Part shown: positions 10,235 through 19,490 of the stretch, piece by piece | How the letters are laid out: every line of letters starts with the position of its first letter | How positions within the stretch are numbered: the first letter of the stretch is position 1 | From: a virus | Taxonomy: Duplodnaviria > Caudoviricetes | Length of the DNA stretch: 64,000 bases | IMG/VR virus record: IMGVR_UViG_3300047160_036266 | Span: 224,001 to 288,000 of that record | Direction: 5' to 3' (one strand) | Notes under the pieces: generated by a model | Seen by the model: the letters and a program-made list of their open reading frames with translations, nothing else | Told to the model about the DNA's origin: nothing | The model's database searches: none | Translations under genes and position numbers: made by a program

Positions 10235-11044
10235 ATGAAATCGTTCTTTTTTGCGTGCCTATTTACCACATCTTTATTGTTCACCCTGACATCGAGATTT
10301 TCAACTAAGGCGGACGAACCGGACATCGAGTTACATAAAAAGTGTCTGTACCCGACCGTGCGCGTGGAGAATGAAGGGAGTGGCGGCACCGGCGTTATTG
10401 TTCGTAGCGATAGGGTAGGCGACAAGGAATATCGAAATGTTGCCATCACCTGCGCCCATGTTATCCATCCATTGTCAAGATACAAGGTTCGCGTCCCGAC
10501 CTACGAAGAGTGGTCCACCTTCGTGGAGTTCGAGGATTATCCGTGTCGCGTGTACGGCAAGAATGAGGATGCGGACCTGACTGTTCTGTTGTTTACCACA
10601 CCCCGCCCGATGCCAGTGGCCACCTTCGGGTTCCGGGAAAGTTTGTATATCGGCACCGACGTATATCACATCGGTTGCGGGCTGGGGCCTGAGCCTCGTC
10701 TGGATTATGGGAAGATCACTTCCCTTGGCAGCAAGATCGAAGGCCACAGTGCCAAAGCCTATCGGACCTCAATGAACATGGTTCCTGGGGATTCGGGAGG
10801 GCCGGTATTCCACAAGCACCGCCTGGTGGGCTTTTCCCAGGCGATCAAGGTATTGTGTTTCCGGGGCTTCCCCACGCCCATCACACACATATCCTACATC
10901 ATTCCAGTGGAGCGGGTTAAAACCTGGGATGAAAAGGAAAATAACACCCTGCATTTCATATATAAGGAGCGACACGACTTGCCAGAGCTTCCCTTCGCCA
11001 TCTTGCGATTGGAAGAGTATCGCTGGGAGGGTCTTCCTAAGTAG
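10235..11044 (+). CDS. trypsin-like serine protease with N-terminal signal peptide
   Basis: TCAHV (His), DADL (Asp), PGDSGGPV (Ser); hydrophobic N-terminus; start reassigned to 10235. Confidence 0.85.
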   Translation: MKSFFFACLFTTSLLFTLTSRFSTKADEPDIELHKKCLYPTVRVENEGSGGTGVIVRSDRVGDKEYRNVAITCAHVIHPLSRYKVRVPTYEEWSTFVEFEDYPCRVYGKNEDADLTVLLFTTPRPMPVATFGFRESLYIGTDVYHIGCGLGPEPRLDYGKITSLGSKIEGHSAKAYRTSMNMVPGDSGGPVFHKHRLVGFSQAIKVLCFRGFPTPITHISYIIPVERVKTWDEKENNTLHFIYKERHDLPELPFAILRLEEYRWEGLPK

Positions 11045-11055
11045 CGGAGAAGGGG

Positions 11056-12627
11056 ATGCAAACTTTCCAAGATTATGTGACTTCCAATAAAATGCACCGG
11101 CTGGCCGGACAGGCGTTTACCCTGATGGTCCAGCACGGCTACGATCCGATGGCGTTCGTAGAGTGGTTTGAGGACGAGGGCGTTTACCTGTCGGTGCGGG
11201 AAGCAGCAGTCCAAGCGAAAGGTGGGCTTCGTCGCCTGGATGAATTATCATGGGCTAACTTGGTAGGAAAAGGGTGGTTGTGGGGGCGTGGCAAGCAACA
11301 GCCAAAAGGACCAAGTTGGGATGAAATCGGCGGGCCGGAAATGTTCCCCCATGATGAAACCCCCGGTGCCGCAGGCGCAGCCCAAGGTGCCACTCCGGGA
11401 CAGCCACAGCAACCAATGACTGCGCCGCAAATGGGCGACCTTACCAAACAGCGTGCAGTCCAAAATGCTGTAACCAAGCTGCAAGATTTGCAATACAAAG
11501 ATTGGATTTATGACAAGAACCCTCAGCTTACTGCGGCGCTGAATCAAATTGTTCAGTTGTTGCAGGCCCCGCAGGTGCCGGTACAGCAAACGCAACCACC
11601 AGCCGCCCCCACAGAACAACCAGCCAAACCACCACAGGTTCATGCCTCAACGATAGCACCCGTTGGGTCGCCGCCGCCGGGTGGTGCGCATATGGCTCCT
11701 TCGTTTATGAATGCCGACTGGCGTACTCCTGCCGGTTCGCCATTGAGGGAGTACAACAAGATGCTTATTGACCGTACCGTGGATAAACTGGTACGGGCAG
11801 GCATCAACCCGATGTTATTTGTGGACTGGTATAGCACCGAAGGTATTTTCTGTGAAAACGCTCAGGTGTTCGAGGGCCGCTTAGGGGATTGGATGGGGGC
11901 CATTGGCAAGGGTATTGGGAGTTGGTTCGGTGGAAGCGGCTTTAAGCACGGTTATGATGCGCGTTACAACACCATTGCCGTGCAGACGGCAGGAGCGGCC
12001 AGGCAAGCCTTGGCTGATCTCCAAAGCACTCACCCAGACCTGGGTGGCCCAAATATGGCCAGCAACCTAAAGTTCGCAATCGGTGAGTTGGATAAGATCA
12101 TCAAAGAGAAGGGCGGCACTGAATTTAAGGACATCAACAAGCCGGCATCGGGAGTGGATTGGTCCAAACTGAAAGGGCCAACGCCTGGTGAAGAGCAACC
12201 ACCGGGTTCGGCGCAGCCGCCTGCGGCGGCTAAGCCTGCGGAACCCGCCCCCGCACCAGTACCGGCGGGTCACACTCCTGGCACTACAGCACCGTCGCAG
12301 GAAGGCATCCCACCGGAGACTATAACCAAGCTCCGTAATGCAATAGACAATCCAAGCCATGCCGATGCCAGCGACCCCCAGGTGGCGGAAATCCTGAATA
12401 ACCCACAGATCAAGGCCGAGGTCGAGCGGATTCACAAACTGGATGACAATGACCCGCAATTTGCCGGAAAAGACCCGCAAACAGCGAAGCACGAACTAAT
12501 TGCCCAGCAGGTCCGAAATATTTGGGACCAACTGCGCAGCGGTCATATTGATGTTGGTGCCCAGGGTGCTGACTGGTACAGACCCATCGGCAAGCCCTTT
12601 ATGGAATGGCTCAGAGAGAGGCAATAA
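11056..12627 (+). CDS. hypothetical Pro/Gln-rich putative internal head protein
   Basis: MQTFQDYV start; duplicated G(Y/I)xPMxFV(E/D)W..EG module. Confidence 0.7.
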   Translation: MQTFQDYVTSNKMHRLAGQAFTLMVQHGYDPMAFVEWFEDEGVYLSVREAAVQAKGGLRRLDELSWANLVGKGWLWGRGKQQPKGPSWDEIGGPEMFPHDETPGAAGAAQGATPGQPQQPMTAPQMGDLTKQRAVQNAVTKLQDLQYKDWIYDKNPQLTAALNQIVQLLQAPQVPVQQTQPPAAPTEQPAKPPQVHASTIAPVGSPPPGGAHMAPSFMNADWRTPAGSPLREYNKMLIDRTVDKLVRAGINPMLFVDWYSTEGIFCENAQVFEGRLGDWMGAIGKGIGSWFGGSGFKHGYDARYNTIAVQTAGAARQALADLQSTHPDLGGPNMASNLKFAIGELDKIIKEKGGTEFKDINKPASGVDWSKLKGPTPGEEQPPGSAQPPAAAKPAEPAPAPVPAGHTPGTTAPSQEGIPPETITKLRNAIDNPSHADASDPQVAEILNNPQIKAEVERIHKLDDNDPQFAGKDPQTAKHELIAQQVRNIWDQLRSGHIDVGAQGADWYRPIGKPFMEWLRERQ

Positions 12628-13828
12628 TCTTCACGGCTTCGTCGGCATCCTCCATGCTGAAGGTGAGCGGCGGTCGCAGTCGAATACTGCGGTCGCCGCT
12701 TTTCAGCATCAACATCCTGTCGCTCAACCTGCAATAAGCCTCGCCCTGGTCAATCGGATCAAAAGCAATCATCAGCCCCCGACCCCGTACATTACGAATC
12801 GGAACATTGGCGTTGCGGAGTTTGTCCAGCAGGTAGTCCCCGACTTTGGCGGCGTTCTCCACCCACTTTTCCCTCACGATGATCTCACTCAGAATAGTGA
12901 AGCGTATCATATCGAGGATGTTGCCGCCCCAGGTGCTATTGATGCGCCCGCTGTCGTTGAAGACGTGCTTGGTCACTTCGTCCACTTTATGGGTGGCACA
13001 GCAACCGCACACCTGGGTCTTCTTGCCGAAGCACATGAGGTCGGGTTGGAGGTCGAAGTGTTCGTAGCCCCACATTTTGCCGGTCAGACCTACGCCCGTT
13101 TGCACTTCGTCCACGATGAACAGAGCGTCGTATTTCCGGGCGAGAGAACGGAGGCCCTGGAGGTATTGGGGCCGGAAATGGATGTCACCCCCTTCGCCTT
13201 GAATTGGCTCCACAATAACGGCAGCTACATTGCCACGCTCCAGGGCGTTCTGGGCGACCGCTAGACTTGCCTCCTCGCCGTCGTTAGGGGCGGGCAGCCT
13301 GGTCCAGCGGAACTTGGGATAGCCCCAAGTCTTGACGGGCTTGGTGTTGGTGAGGGACAGCGTGTAGCCGCTCCGACCGTGGAACGCATGTTCCAGGTGG
13401 ATCACATCCAATATATTGGCATGTGCGTCCCGGTCCCAGCCCATCTTCTTCATCTTGTAATCAAAGGCGCACTTGAGGGCGTTCTCCACTCCCAGGGTGC
13501 CGGTGTCGATAAAGAAGTAGTAACGGAAGTCTGGGGTGATGCTTTTGAACGCCTCTACGAATTCGGCGTACTCCCGAACGTATACGTCCGACAGGGCGAT
13601 CTTTACCGACAGGAGAGAGCGGAAACGGTCCAGGTGGTCGTTGAAGGAGGGGTGGTTCCAGCCGAGAGGTTGGCTGGCGAACATCGACATGCAATCGAGG
13701 TATTTGGTGCCGGTGCGGGCGTCAACTACATAGGAGCCGAGACTGCGCAGAGGGTCCACAATGATGGGAAGACCATCCCCTATCGTGTGCTTTCGCAACA
13801 CGTCATGGACATCCTCGTTGCGAATCAT
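12611..13828 (-). CDS. lat: L-lysine 6-aminotransferase (class III PLP aminotransferase)
   Basis: VHDVLRKH..DG..YLD..ASQPLGWNHP, AFHGRSGYTLSLT, EPIQGEGGD, DEVQTG, FGKKTQVCG, RINSTWGGN resemble actinobacterial Lat. Confidence 0.85.
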   Translation of the reverse strand: MIRNEDVHDVLRKHTIGDGLPIIVDPLRSLGSYVVDARTGTKYLDCMSMFASQPLGWNHPSFNDHLDRFRSLLSVKIALSDVYVREYAEFVEAFKSITPDFRYYFFIDTGTLGVENALKCAFDYKMKKMGWDRDAHANILDVIHLEHAFHGRSGYTLSLTNTKPVKTWGYPKFRWTRLPAPNDGEEASLAVAQNALERGNVAAVIVEPIQGEGGDIHFRPQYLQGLRSLARKYDALFIVDEVQTGVGLTGKMWGYEHFDLQPDLMCFGKKTQVCGCCATHKVDEVTKHVFNDSGRINSTWGGNILDMIRFTILSEIIVREKWVENAAKVGDYLLDKLRNANVPIRNVRGRGLMIAFDPIDQGEAYCRLSDRMLMLKSGDRSIRLRPPLTFSMEDADEAVKIIASL

Positions 13829-13831
13829 GGG

Positions 13832-14107
13832 TTAAATCCAGCCGGTTTTTATTCCTTGTTGGATGTCTTCCAACGTCACCTTGCGGCCCAAGAAGTCGCT
13901 GACGCTCTGGATAAAATGCTTGGCAATATCTTCCTGTACGGCACGCATGAACTGCGGTCCCATCTTTTGCGCTTCAATGAAAGACGATGAATCCACCGAC
14001 CAATCCAGCATTTCGCCGCCAATGAAAATCTTCTTTTCGATACTCCCGTCTGGGTGCATTCGCATTTTAACTTCAAAAGACTTCTTCTCAAGTGGTTCGT
14101 CAGCCAT
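13832..14107 (-). CDS. hypothetical protein
   Basis: ORF upstream of lat; TATAAT 5 nt before the ATG. Confidence 0.6.
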   Translation of the reverse strand: MADEPLEKKSFEVKMRMHPDGSIEKKIFIGGEMLDWSVDSSSFIEAQKMGPQFMRAVQEDIAKHFIQSVSDFLGRKVTLEDIQQGIKTGWI

Positions 14108-14139
14108 GTTTTATTATAGTGCGTTCCCTACATATTTCC

Positions 14140-15558
14140 ATGCCAGATGCCCTGTCCTTCCGCCTGTGGTTACAACAGCAGGAGACGCTGCCGCCGTTTG
14201 AGGAAGGCGTCATGCAGTGGCTTGGCGATAAATGGGGTAGGTTCAAGAAGTGGCTGGGCGATTTGAAGCAGGCGGCTGGCGCGACCTATCGCTCCGTCAT
14301 GGTCATGTGGAAGAAAGCCCCGGAACTGCATAACGTGCTGATGGAATTGCCCATTGCCTTTGACGCCGCCATGCGCGACCCCGTTCTCAAGGACACCACC
14401 CTCAATAAGAGCTTCATCGCTGCCCTCAAGCAGATGTCCCAAGACCCCTCGCTGGAAAAACAAGCAATACTCGCCAAGATCAAGAATATTCAGCAGTTGG
14501 TTCAGCAAGGCGGCGACGAGGCAGCCATTGCTGAGGAGTTCTGGCGGTCCAACGTCGGAGGCTTTGTCCGCTGGCTGTGGCAGCTTACTCACCTGGGTCC
14601 GATCCTGAAGCGACTGCCCCAGGTCACGGTGGTAAATGCCTGGCGGACTTTGCAGGCGTTCTGGGATAAGGAGCAGGGGAAAGTATCCGTCAAGGTCGGT
14701 GCCTTTGCCGCCGTTATGGCAGCCCTGGAGTTGTTGCAATTTCTGGCAGCCGGTGCCCTGATGACCGGGTTGTTGGGCAAGGCCCTTATTCTCTTGCACC
14801 TTACCACGCTGGGGGTGGCTTTTGCCGGCGGGGCCTGGATTGCCTGGGCGGTGGTCAGCGCCCTCCATAAAGAGGGAGGCCAAAAGGACTCTGAGGAAGA
14901 GCAGGCTGCCAAGATCATGGCCGGTGTGATGAAGGCCATCGACCCAGGTGCCGACACGGGCCTCATGAAGAATGTGGACTGGTATAAGAGCCATCTGCGG
15001 CAGCGCCAGCAGAAGATACAGCAGCAGCGCGCCGGCGTCCAACCAGCAGTTGCCGAAAGTACCGCCCACGAGTTATACGATAGCGCCGTTGCCGCCTTCC
15101 CCAACACCACCAGGAGGCAACACGCTACGGACCCCATTAGAATCACCCAACTGGAGTGGACGCCCTTCCTGGGACTGAAAACCCTGTTCATCAAGGCCCT
15201 GGCGCAAAACCCGGACGGCACCAGGGGCTTCTCGGAATATCAGCCGATGATTTTGTGGAAGAACGTCAACTACAATCCGAACCGGCGAGTTGTTGAGATC
15301 ATCGCCAGTGACCAGCAGCCCTATCGCTTCGAGAGGTTGGAATATGATGGCAATGACGTGTTGCTGCGCTGTGATTGTGCCGACTTCCACTGGCGATTCA
15401 ACTACTACGACCACCTGGACAAGTCCCTTTACGGCAGGAAGCGGCGCAAATACGAGAGTCAGGGCGGTCCTCCGGCCAACCCCCAGGAGATGCCGGGCAT
15501 GTGCAAACACATCATGAAGCTGTTCAAGGCTTTAGGTGAAGCAGGCGTCGTTGATTAG
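14140..15558 (+). CDS. putative internal head protein with hydrophobic helices and a C-terminal SWIM-type Zn finger
   Basis: SFRLWLQQQE start; long hydrophobic segment; CDCADF..CKH motif. Confidence 0.65.
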   Translation: MPDALSFRLWLQQQETLPPFEEGVMQWLGDKWGRFKKWLGDLKQAAGATYRSVMVMWKKAPELHNVLMELPIAFDAAMRDPVLKDTTLNKSFIAALKQMSQDPSLEKQAILAKIKNIQQLVQQGGDEAAIAEEFWRSNVGGFVRWLWQLTHLGPILKRLPQVTVVNAWRTLQAFWDKEQGKVSVKVGAFAAVMAALELLQFLAAGALMTGLLGKALILLHLTTLGVAFAGGAWIAWAVVSALHKEGGQKDSEEEQAAKIMAGVMKAIDPGADTGLMKNVDWYKSHLRQRQQKIQQQRAGVQPAVAESTAHELYDSAVAAFPNTTRRQHATDPIRITQLEWTPFLGLKTLFIKALAQNPDGTRGFSEYQPMILWKNVNYNPNRRVVEIIASDQQPYRFERLEYDGNDVLLRCDCADFHWRFNYYDHLDKSLYGRKRRKYESQGGPPANPQEMPGMCKHIMKLFKALGEAGVVD

Positions 15559-15584
15559 TTAATAAGAATTGACGGCAGGTGCAT

Positions 15585-15712
15585 ATATAAACAAAAGAAG
15601 ATCGGAAAGCACACACTTCCCGACCCTCTTCTGCTTAATTAGAAAGGCTAATAAGGATGAGTCTTAGACCTTTCGACAACGATTCACCGGGGTGACGGAT
15701 CACCCCGGTTTT
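15585..15712 (+). ncRNA. candidate small structured RNA or micropeptide transcript
   Basis: TATATA box followed by ~125 nt with hairpins and a terminator; only a 12-codon ORF inside. Confidence 0.3.
15686..15712 (+). terminator. intrinsic terminator
   Basis: ACCGGGGTGA-cgga-TCACCCCGGT followed by a T run. Confidence 0.7.
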
Positions 15713-15721
15713 CCATTTATA

Positions 15722-16063
15722 TTACTTGATGTTCGTTTCGCCCGAACCAACCGTGATGATTGCCCAATTCACCGTCGAGCCAACAGGGCTTGTAAAGGTG
15801 AACTGCCCCGGAACTCGTGCGGTCAGGAACGGGGCCGTGGCGTTGTTGGAGGTCAATACCACGATATAGGCAGCGGTGCCGCCTGGGATCGGGGGATGGT
15901 CAACGGTCGTGGATGTGGCGGTAACGGACGGACACGTTCCAGCCGCCATAACGCGAGGACCGATCAAGTGACCGACGCCCAAAGTGGTGTGCGGCGAACC
16001 TCGTGCCATCCCGTCTTGTACCGAACCCCAGCCACTTACACCAGTTACACTTGTTGCTCCCAT
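15722..16063 (-). CDS. hypothetical virion structural protein
   Basis: Gly/Thr/Val-rich; AAAGGAGAAC SD. Confidence 0.6.
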   Translation of the reverse strand: MGATSVTGVSGWGSVQDGMARGSPHTTLGVGHLIGPRVMAAGTCPSVTATSTTVDHPPIPGGTAAYIVVLTSNNATAPFLTARVPGQFTFTSPVGSTVNWAIITVGSGETNIK

Positions 16064-16180
16064 TGATCTGTTCTCCTTTAGAAATATGAGCTAGTTCTCC
16101 TTTTATCTAAGCACCTGACGGCGAAAATATTGTCGTTTCAGAGCAAATAGTTCTGGCGGCAAAACCACTATATTTACTGT

Positions 16181-16792
16181 ATGAATGACGTGGAATTTCA
16201 AATGACAGGCGACCAAACGCAGACCGTCTTGGGTACGCTGCTGGGAACGGGCAGCATTATATTGCCGAAGGCGGGGAAGAACGCTTATCTGCAAATGCGA
16301 CAAAAGAAGAGTGGCGACGTGAACTGGCTCCGCTGCAAAGCAGAGGAACTGGTGAACATGGCTCGTCCCCATCCCTTTGTGGAGGACAAGGACAGTTGGC
16401 ATTGGGCGAGCGTGGCGAATCCGGTCTGGAATAGGTTTCTGCGGCTCTGCTATGAGAACGGGACGAAGACGGTGACGATGGACTGGTTGGACCCCTTACG
16501 CGACCGGGGCCACGCCGTCTGGTTCTTGGACAAGGGTTTGTATGACCAAAAGACCAGGCGAGTGGTCCTTAAAACCGCCTGGTTTGGGGAGAAAGGCACC
16601 AGCCTTATTCAGAAATACTTTGACCTGTGCGGTTACGAGTGCGAAGTGGAAGTCAATCGCAGCGTGTGGCGATTGGTATTTTCCCAGCAGGGCAGCGAGG
16701 AGTACCTGAAGCTTATTCTTCCTTGTTTTCCCAAATATCTTTTGGATCAAGCCTCTTTTCCCAATCCATCGCATATTCGTAAGTCGGGGTAA
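16181..16792 (+). CDS. LAGLIDADG-family protein, catalytic residues apparently lost
   Basis: GTLLGTGSI and AVWFLDKG in place of canonical LLGDG and WxMDDG. Confidence 0.7.
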   Translation: MNDVEFQMTGDQTQTVLGTLLGTGSIILPKAGKNAYLQMRQKKSGDVNWLRCKAEELVNMARPHPFVEDKDSWHWASVANPVWNRFLRLCYENGTKTVTMDWLDPLRDRGHAVWFLDKGLYDQKTRRVVLKTAWFGEKGTSLIQKYFDLCGYECEVEVNRSVWRLVFSQQGSEEYLKLILPCFPKYLLDQASFPNPSHIRKSG

Positions 16793-17114
16793 TGATTTTG
16801 CAATTGCATACCCGACTGGTGGTATACCGTTTGTTTGTCAGGTCATATATTTCGAGCGCCATCAGGTAGCCGATCCAGTGCAATCTGATGGTGGAACCCC
16901 CGAACGTCGAGCCGGAGATGTGGACTTCGGTGGCGGTCGGCCAGTATTTCCCTCCCTGGAGCAAAAAGCGGTTGCCATAGTCCAGCTTCTCCAGTTTATA
17001 GAGGGTGTTCATCGTTTGCACTTCCAGCTTGGTTCCCGGCTCCAGCTTGGAAAGGTCGATGCCCCCAACCTTGTCCAGTCGCTTCGACAATTCCACGATC
17101 TTGTCTAAATCCAT
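16713..17114 (-). CDS. hypothetical protein
   Basis: ORF starting MDLDKIVEL. Confidence 0.6.
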   Translation of the reverse strand: MDLDKIVELSKRLDKVGGIDLSKLEPGTKLEVQTMNTLYKLEKLDYGNRFLLQGGKYWPTATEVHISGSTFGGSTIRLHWIGYLMALEIYDLTNKRYTTSRVCNCKIITPTYEYAMDWEKRLDPKDIWENKEE

Positions 17115-17115
17115 G

Positions 17116-17682
17116 TCAACCCACCTTGGCAGCACGGTAAATGTACCCCGGCTTACCGGACTTCCAGATCGCTATGCCGTAGCGGTTGTAGGTATTGCCG
17201 AAGTAGTCCTCGTCGTGCCAACGCTCCACGAACTGCTTATATGTTAAGTACCCCCGCTTCCCAGGCAAAGAGGAGTCCTCAAAATAGATGTGCTTTTTGT
17301 CATAACCGATGGCTGTGACATAATGGCCGCTGTGGTTCTTGTCCCGATACTTGCTCTTCTTGCCCCAAGCCTGGATGGGGCAAATGACCGGCTTCCCTTC
17401 ATCAAGCCATGCCTTTAATGCTGCGATTTCCATGTCGTGGGCTGCTCTGGCTCGCAGACCAACACTGCGGGCGAAATAGATGATGTTCTCAGGCACGGTG
17501 CCCGCCTTCGCGTCCGCCTCCAGGTACGGGATGTAGTCGAGGTCGCAGCGCATTCCGACCCCCCAATAGCAGCAGACTGCGTGCAAGGCCGCTGCACCAC
17601 ACGAGTACGTCGTGTGCTGTATGACTTCCGGCACCCATACCTTGATCGCTTCATCAGCGATGCGTATAAACCCCTTCGCCAT
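17116..17682 (-). CDS. C39-family cysteine peptidase (stand-alone)
   Basis: QHTTYSCGAAAL (Cys), SGHYVTAIGYD (His), YFEDS (Asp). Confidence 0.85.
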   Translation of the reverse strand: MAKGFIRIADEAIKVWVPEVIQHTTYSCGAAALHAVCCYWGVGMRCDLDYIPYLEADAKAGTVPENIIYFARSVGLRARAAHDMEIAALKAWLDEGKPVICPIQAWGKKSKYRDKNHSGHYVTAIGYDKKHIYFEDSSLPGKRGYLTYKQFVERWHDEDYFGNTYNRYGIAIWKSGKPGYIYRAAKVG

Positions 17683-17772
17683 GTACCTCCAGGCTCTTCC
17701 ATACTCTTATATATTGTCGAGAGGCTGCGTTTCAGAACAATTCACACCTATAATTATAAAGAGGAGCATGGC

Positions 17773-18474
17773 ATGAAGTCATATAACCAGTGGAGCAACG
17801 ATCAAAATATCCACGGCAACCCTATTCCGTGGCCCACGCGCAATAATACCAACCCGTGGGGCGTTCCACAGAATCCTTACCAACCCAATATTCCGCCAAA
17901 CAATATGGGCATCGGCAAGCTCGGAACGAATATAAACATCGGACGTAAGTTCAGGTGGACTCTGGAGTTAAAATACAAGGACTCCACCCTGCTTGGCCCC
18001 TTCTTTGTTAAAGTGGCCAGCCGTCCGAACCTGAATATTGAAGAGACGACCGTGGACTACCTATCGGACAAATATTGGGTGGCCGGGCAGTCACGCTGGC
18101 AAGATTTGCAGGTGAGCGCTTATATTGACGGGCAGAGTGCCGGCGACCCCAAGACCGCCGAACATCAAATAGTCAATGGTATGGGAGAGTTGGCCTACGC
18201 GCAGGGTTTGACCGGGATGTTACGTCTATGGGACGGCTGCGGTACGGAACTGGAAAATTGGGAATTGAAGAATATGTTTTGCCAGAACATCCAGAGCGAT
18301 CTGGAGTACAGCAGCAGCGATATAACGGTGGAAATGACCTTCAAATACAGCGAGGCGAAATATTCCTCAACCATGCAACCTTGGACCCCTGGTGAGTTGG
18401 CTGCGAAGAAGCGGCAGGCACTCATTGACAAGGCGAGGGCCTATGCCCCGCACTTACGGTTCACTGAATTTTAG
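17773..18474 (+). CDS. T4 gp19-like tail tube protein
   Basis: RKFRWTLE, VKVASRPNLNIEETTV, WQDL, LWDGCG..LENWEL, LEYSSSD..VEMTFKY. Confidence 0.75.
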   Translation: MKSYNQWSNDQNIHGNPIPWPTRNNTNPWGVPQNPYQPNIPPNNMGIGKLGTNINIGRKFRWTLELKYKDSTLLGPFFVKVASRPNLNIEETTVDYLSDKYWVAGQSRWQDLQVSAYIDGQSAGDPKTAEHQIVNGMGELAYAQGLTGMLRLWDGCGTELENWELKNMFCQNIQSDLEYSSSDITVEMTFKYSEAKYSSTMQPWTPGELAAKKRQALIDKARAYAPHLRFTEF

Positions 18475-19081
18475 TGGCTCGGACGAGGTATTGCGGGTCG
18501 GTGTCAGGGGTGCTGTGCCAGCAGATGATACCCAGGTGGTTAGTCTTCTCCCCGCTGGTTTCCTTGTCGTGCCAGCGGTTCTCGAAGTCCTCGTAAGATA
18601 GTTTGCCCCGGTCGCCTTCGATGGACGGGTCTTCAAAGTAGATGTTTTCGCCGTCGTAACCGATGGCGACGACGTAGTGGCCGCTTTCGTCGGTTTTGTA
18701 GTATTTGGGTGCGCCCCAGGCTTGAATATTGCAGATGACCGGCCATTGCTTATCAATATAAGACAGGAGTTCGTTGAGGGACATATCCTCTTTTTTGACG
18801 GCGTTGAGGCCGAAGAATTTGGCCCCTCGCACAATATTGTCCGGCTCAGTGCCTTCCTTTTCGTTGGTTTTGAGGGCCTTGATGAAATCGTCTTCACTGT
18901 CGGGGCCAAGTTTGTAGAACTCGCAAATGGCACGCAGGGCGGCGGCACCGCAGCTAAAGCTTTTTTGCTGTCGCACGCTTGGCAGTGGTATCTTGACATA
19001 CTGGAGTATTTCCCCGTTCGGGACTTGGTGCTTCTTCTCTTCCATGAGAAACCATTCCTTGAAAGTAACCCGTGCATTCAT
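18461..19081 (-). CDS. C39-family cysteine peptidase with capsid-targeting-like N-terminus
   Basis: RQQKSFSCGAAAL, SGHYVVAIGYD, YFEDPS; begins MNARVTFKEWFLMEE. Confidence 0.85.
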   Translation of the reverse strand: MNARVTFKEWFLMEEKKHQVPNGEILQYVKIPLPSVRQQKSFSCGAAALRAICEFYKLGPDSEDDFIKALKTNEKEGTEPDNIVRGAKFFGLNAVKKEDMSLNELLSYIDKQWPVICNIQAWGAPKYYKTDESGHYVVAIGYDGENIYFEDPSIEGDRGKLSYEDFENRWHDKETSGEKTNHLGIICWHSTPDTDPQYLVRATKIQ

Positions 19082-19090
19082 GTGCCTCCA

Positions 19091-19474
19091 TTACCACCCG
19101 TGTTTTTTGGCGATGCGGTCGGCACACTTCTTAATTCCTCCTGGGTTGGGCGCATGACGGGAATATGCCTTGGCGGCACGGACCTGCTTCTTGTTGGACA
19201 CAGGGAAGCTCTTGCCAGGTGCGCCGCCGGACGGGCCGCAGAACGGTCCTTCGCCGGGGCCGCTGGTTTCCCGCTCCTTGCCGACGTTGGAGCCGCCGGG
19301 CTTGTCATGCACGTCCTTGTGTTCCCGCTCGACCAGCCATTCCTTGAACTTCTTCCAGCCCGCACGCTTCATCTTGGCCTTGTGGGCGGCAGACTCACCC
19401 TCTTCCTCATCATGGTCGAGGTCGATGCCGGTACGTTCTTCCTCACGTTCCAGTTCTCGGTGTGATTTCTTCAT
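19091..19474 (-). CDS. small charged hypothetical protein
   Basis: internal KFKEWLVERE; TATATA 4 nt upstream. Confidence 0.65.
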   Translation of the reverse strand: MKKSHRELEREEERTGIDLDHDEEEGESAAHKAKMKRAGWKKFKEWLVEREHKDVHDKPGGSNVGKERETSGPGEGPFCGPSGGAPGKSFPVSNKKQVRAAKAYSRHAPNPGGIKKCADRIAKKHGW

Positions 19475-19490
19475 GACCTATATATCAGCG

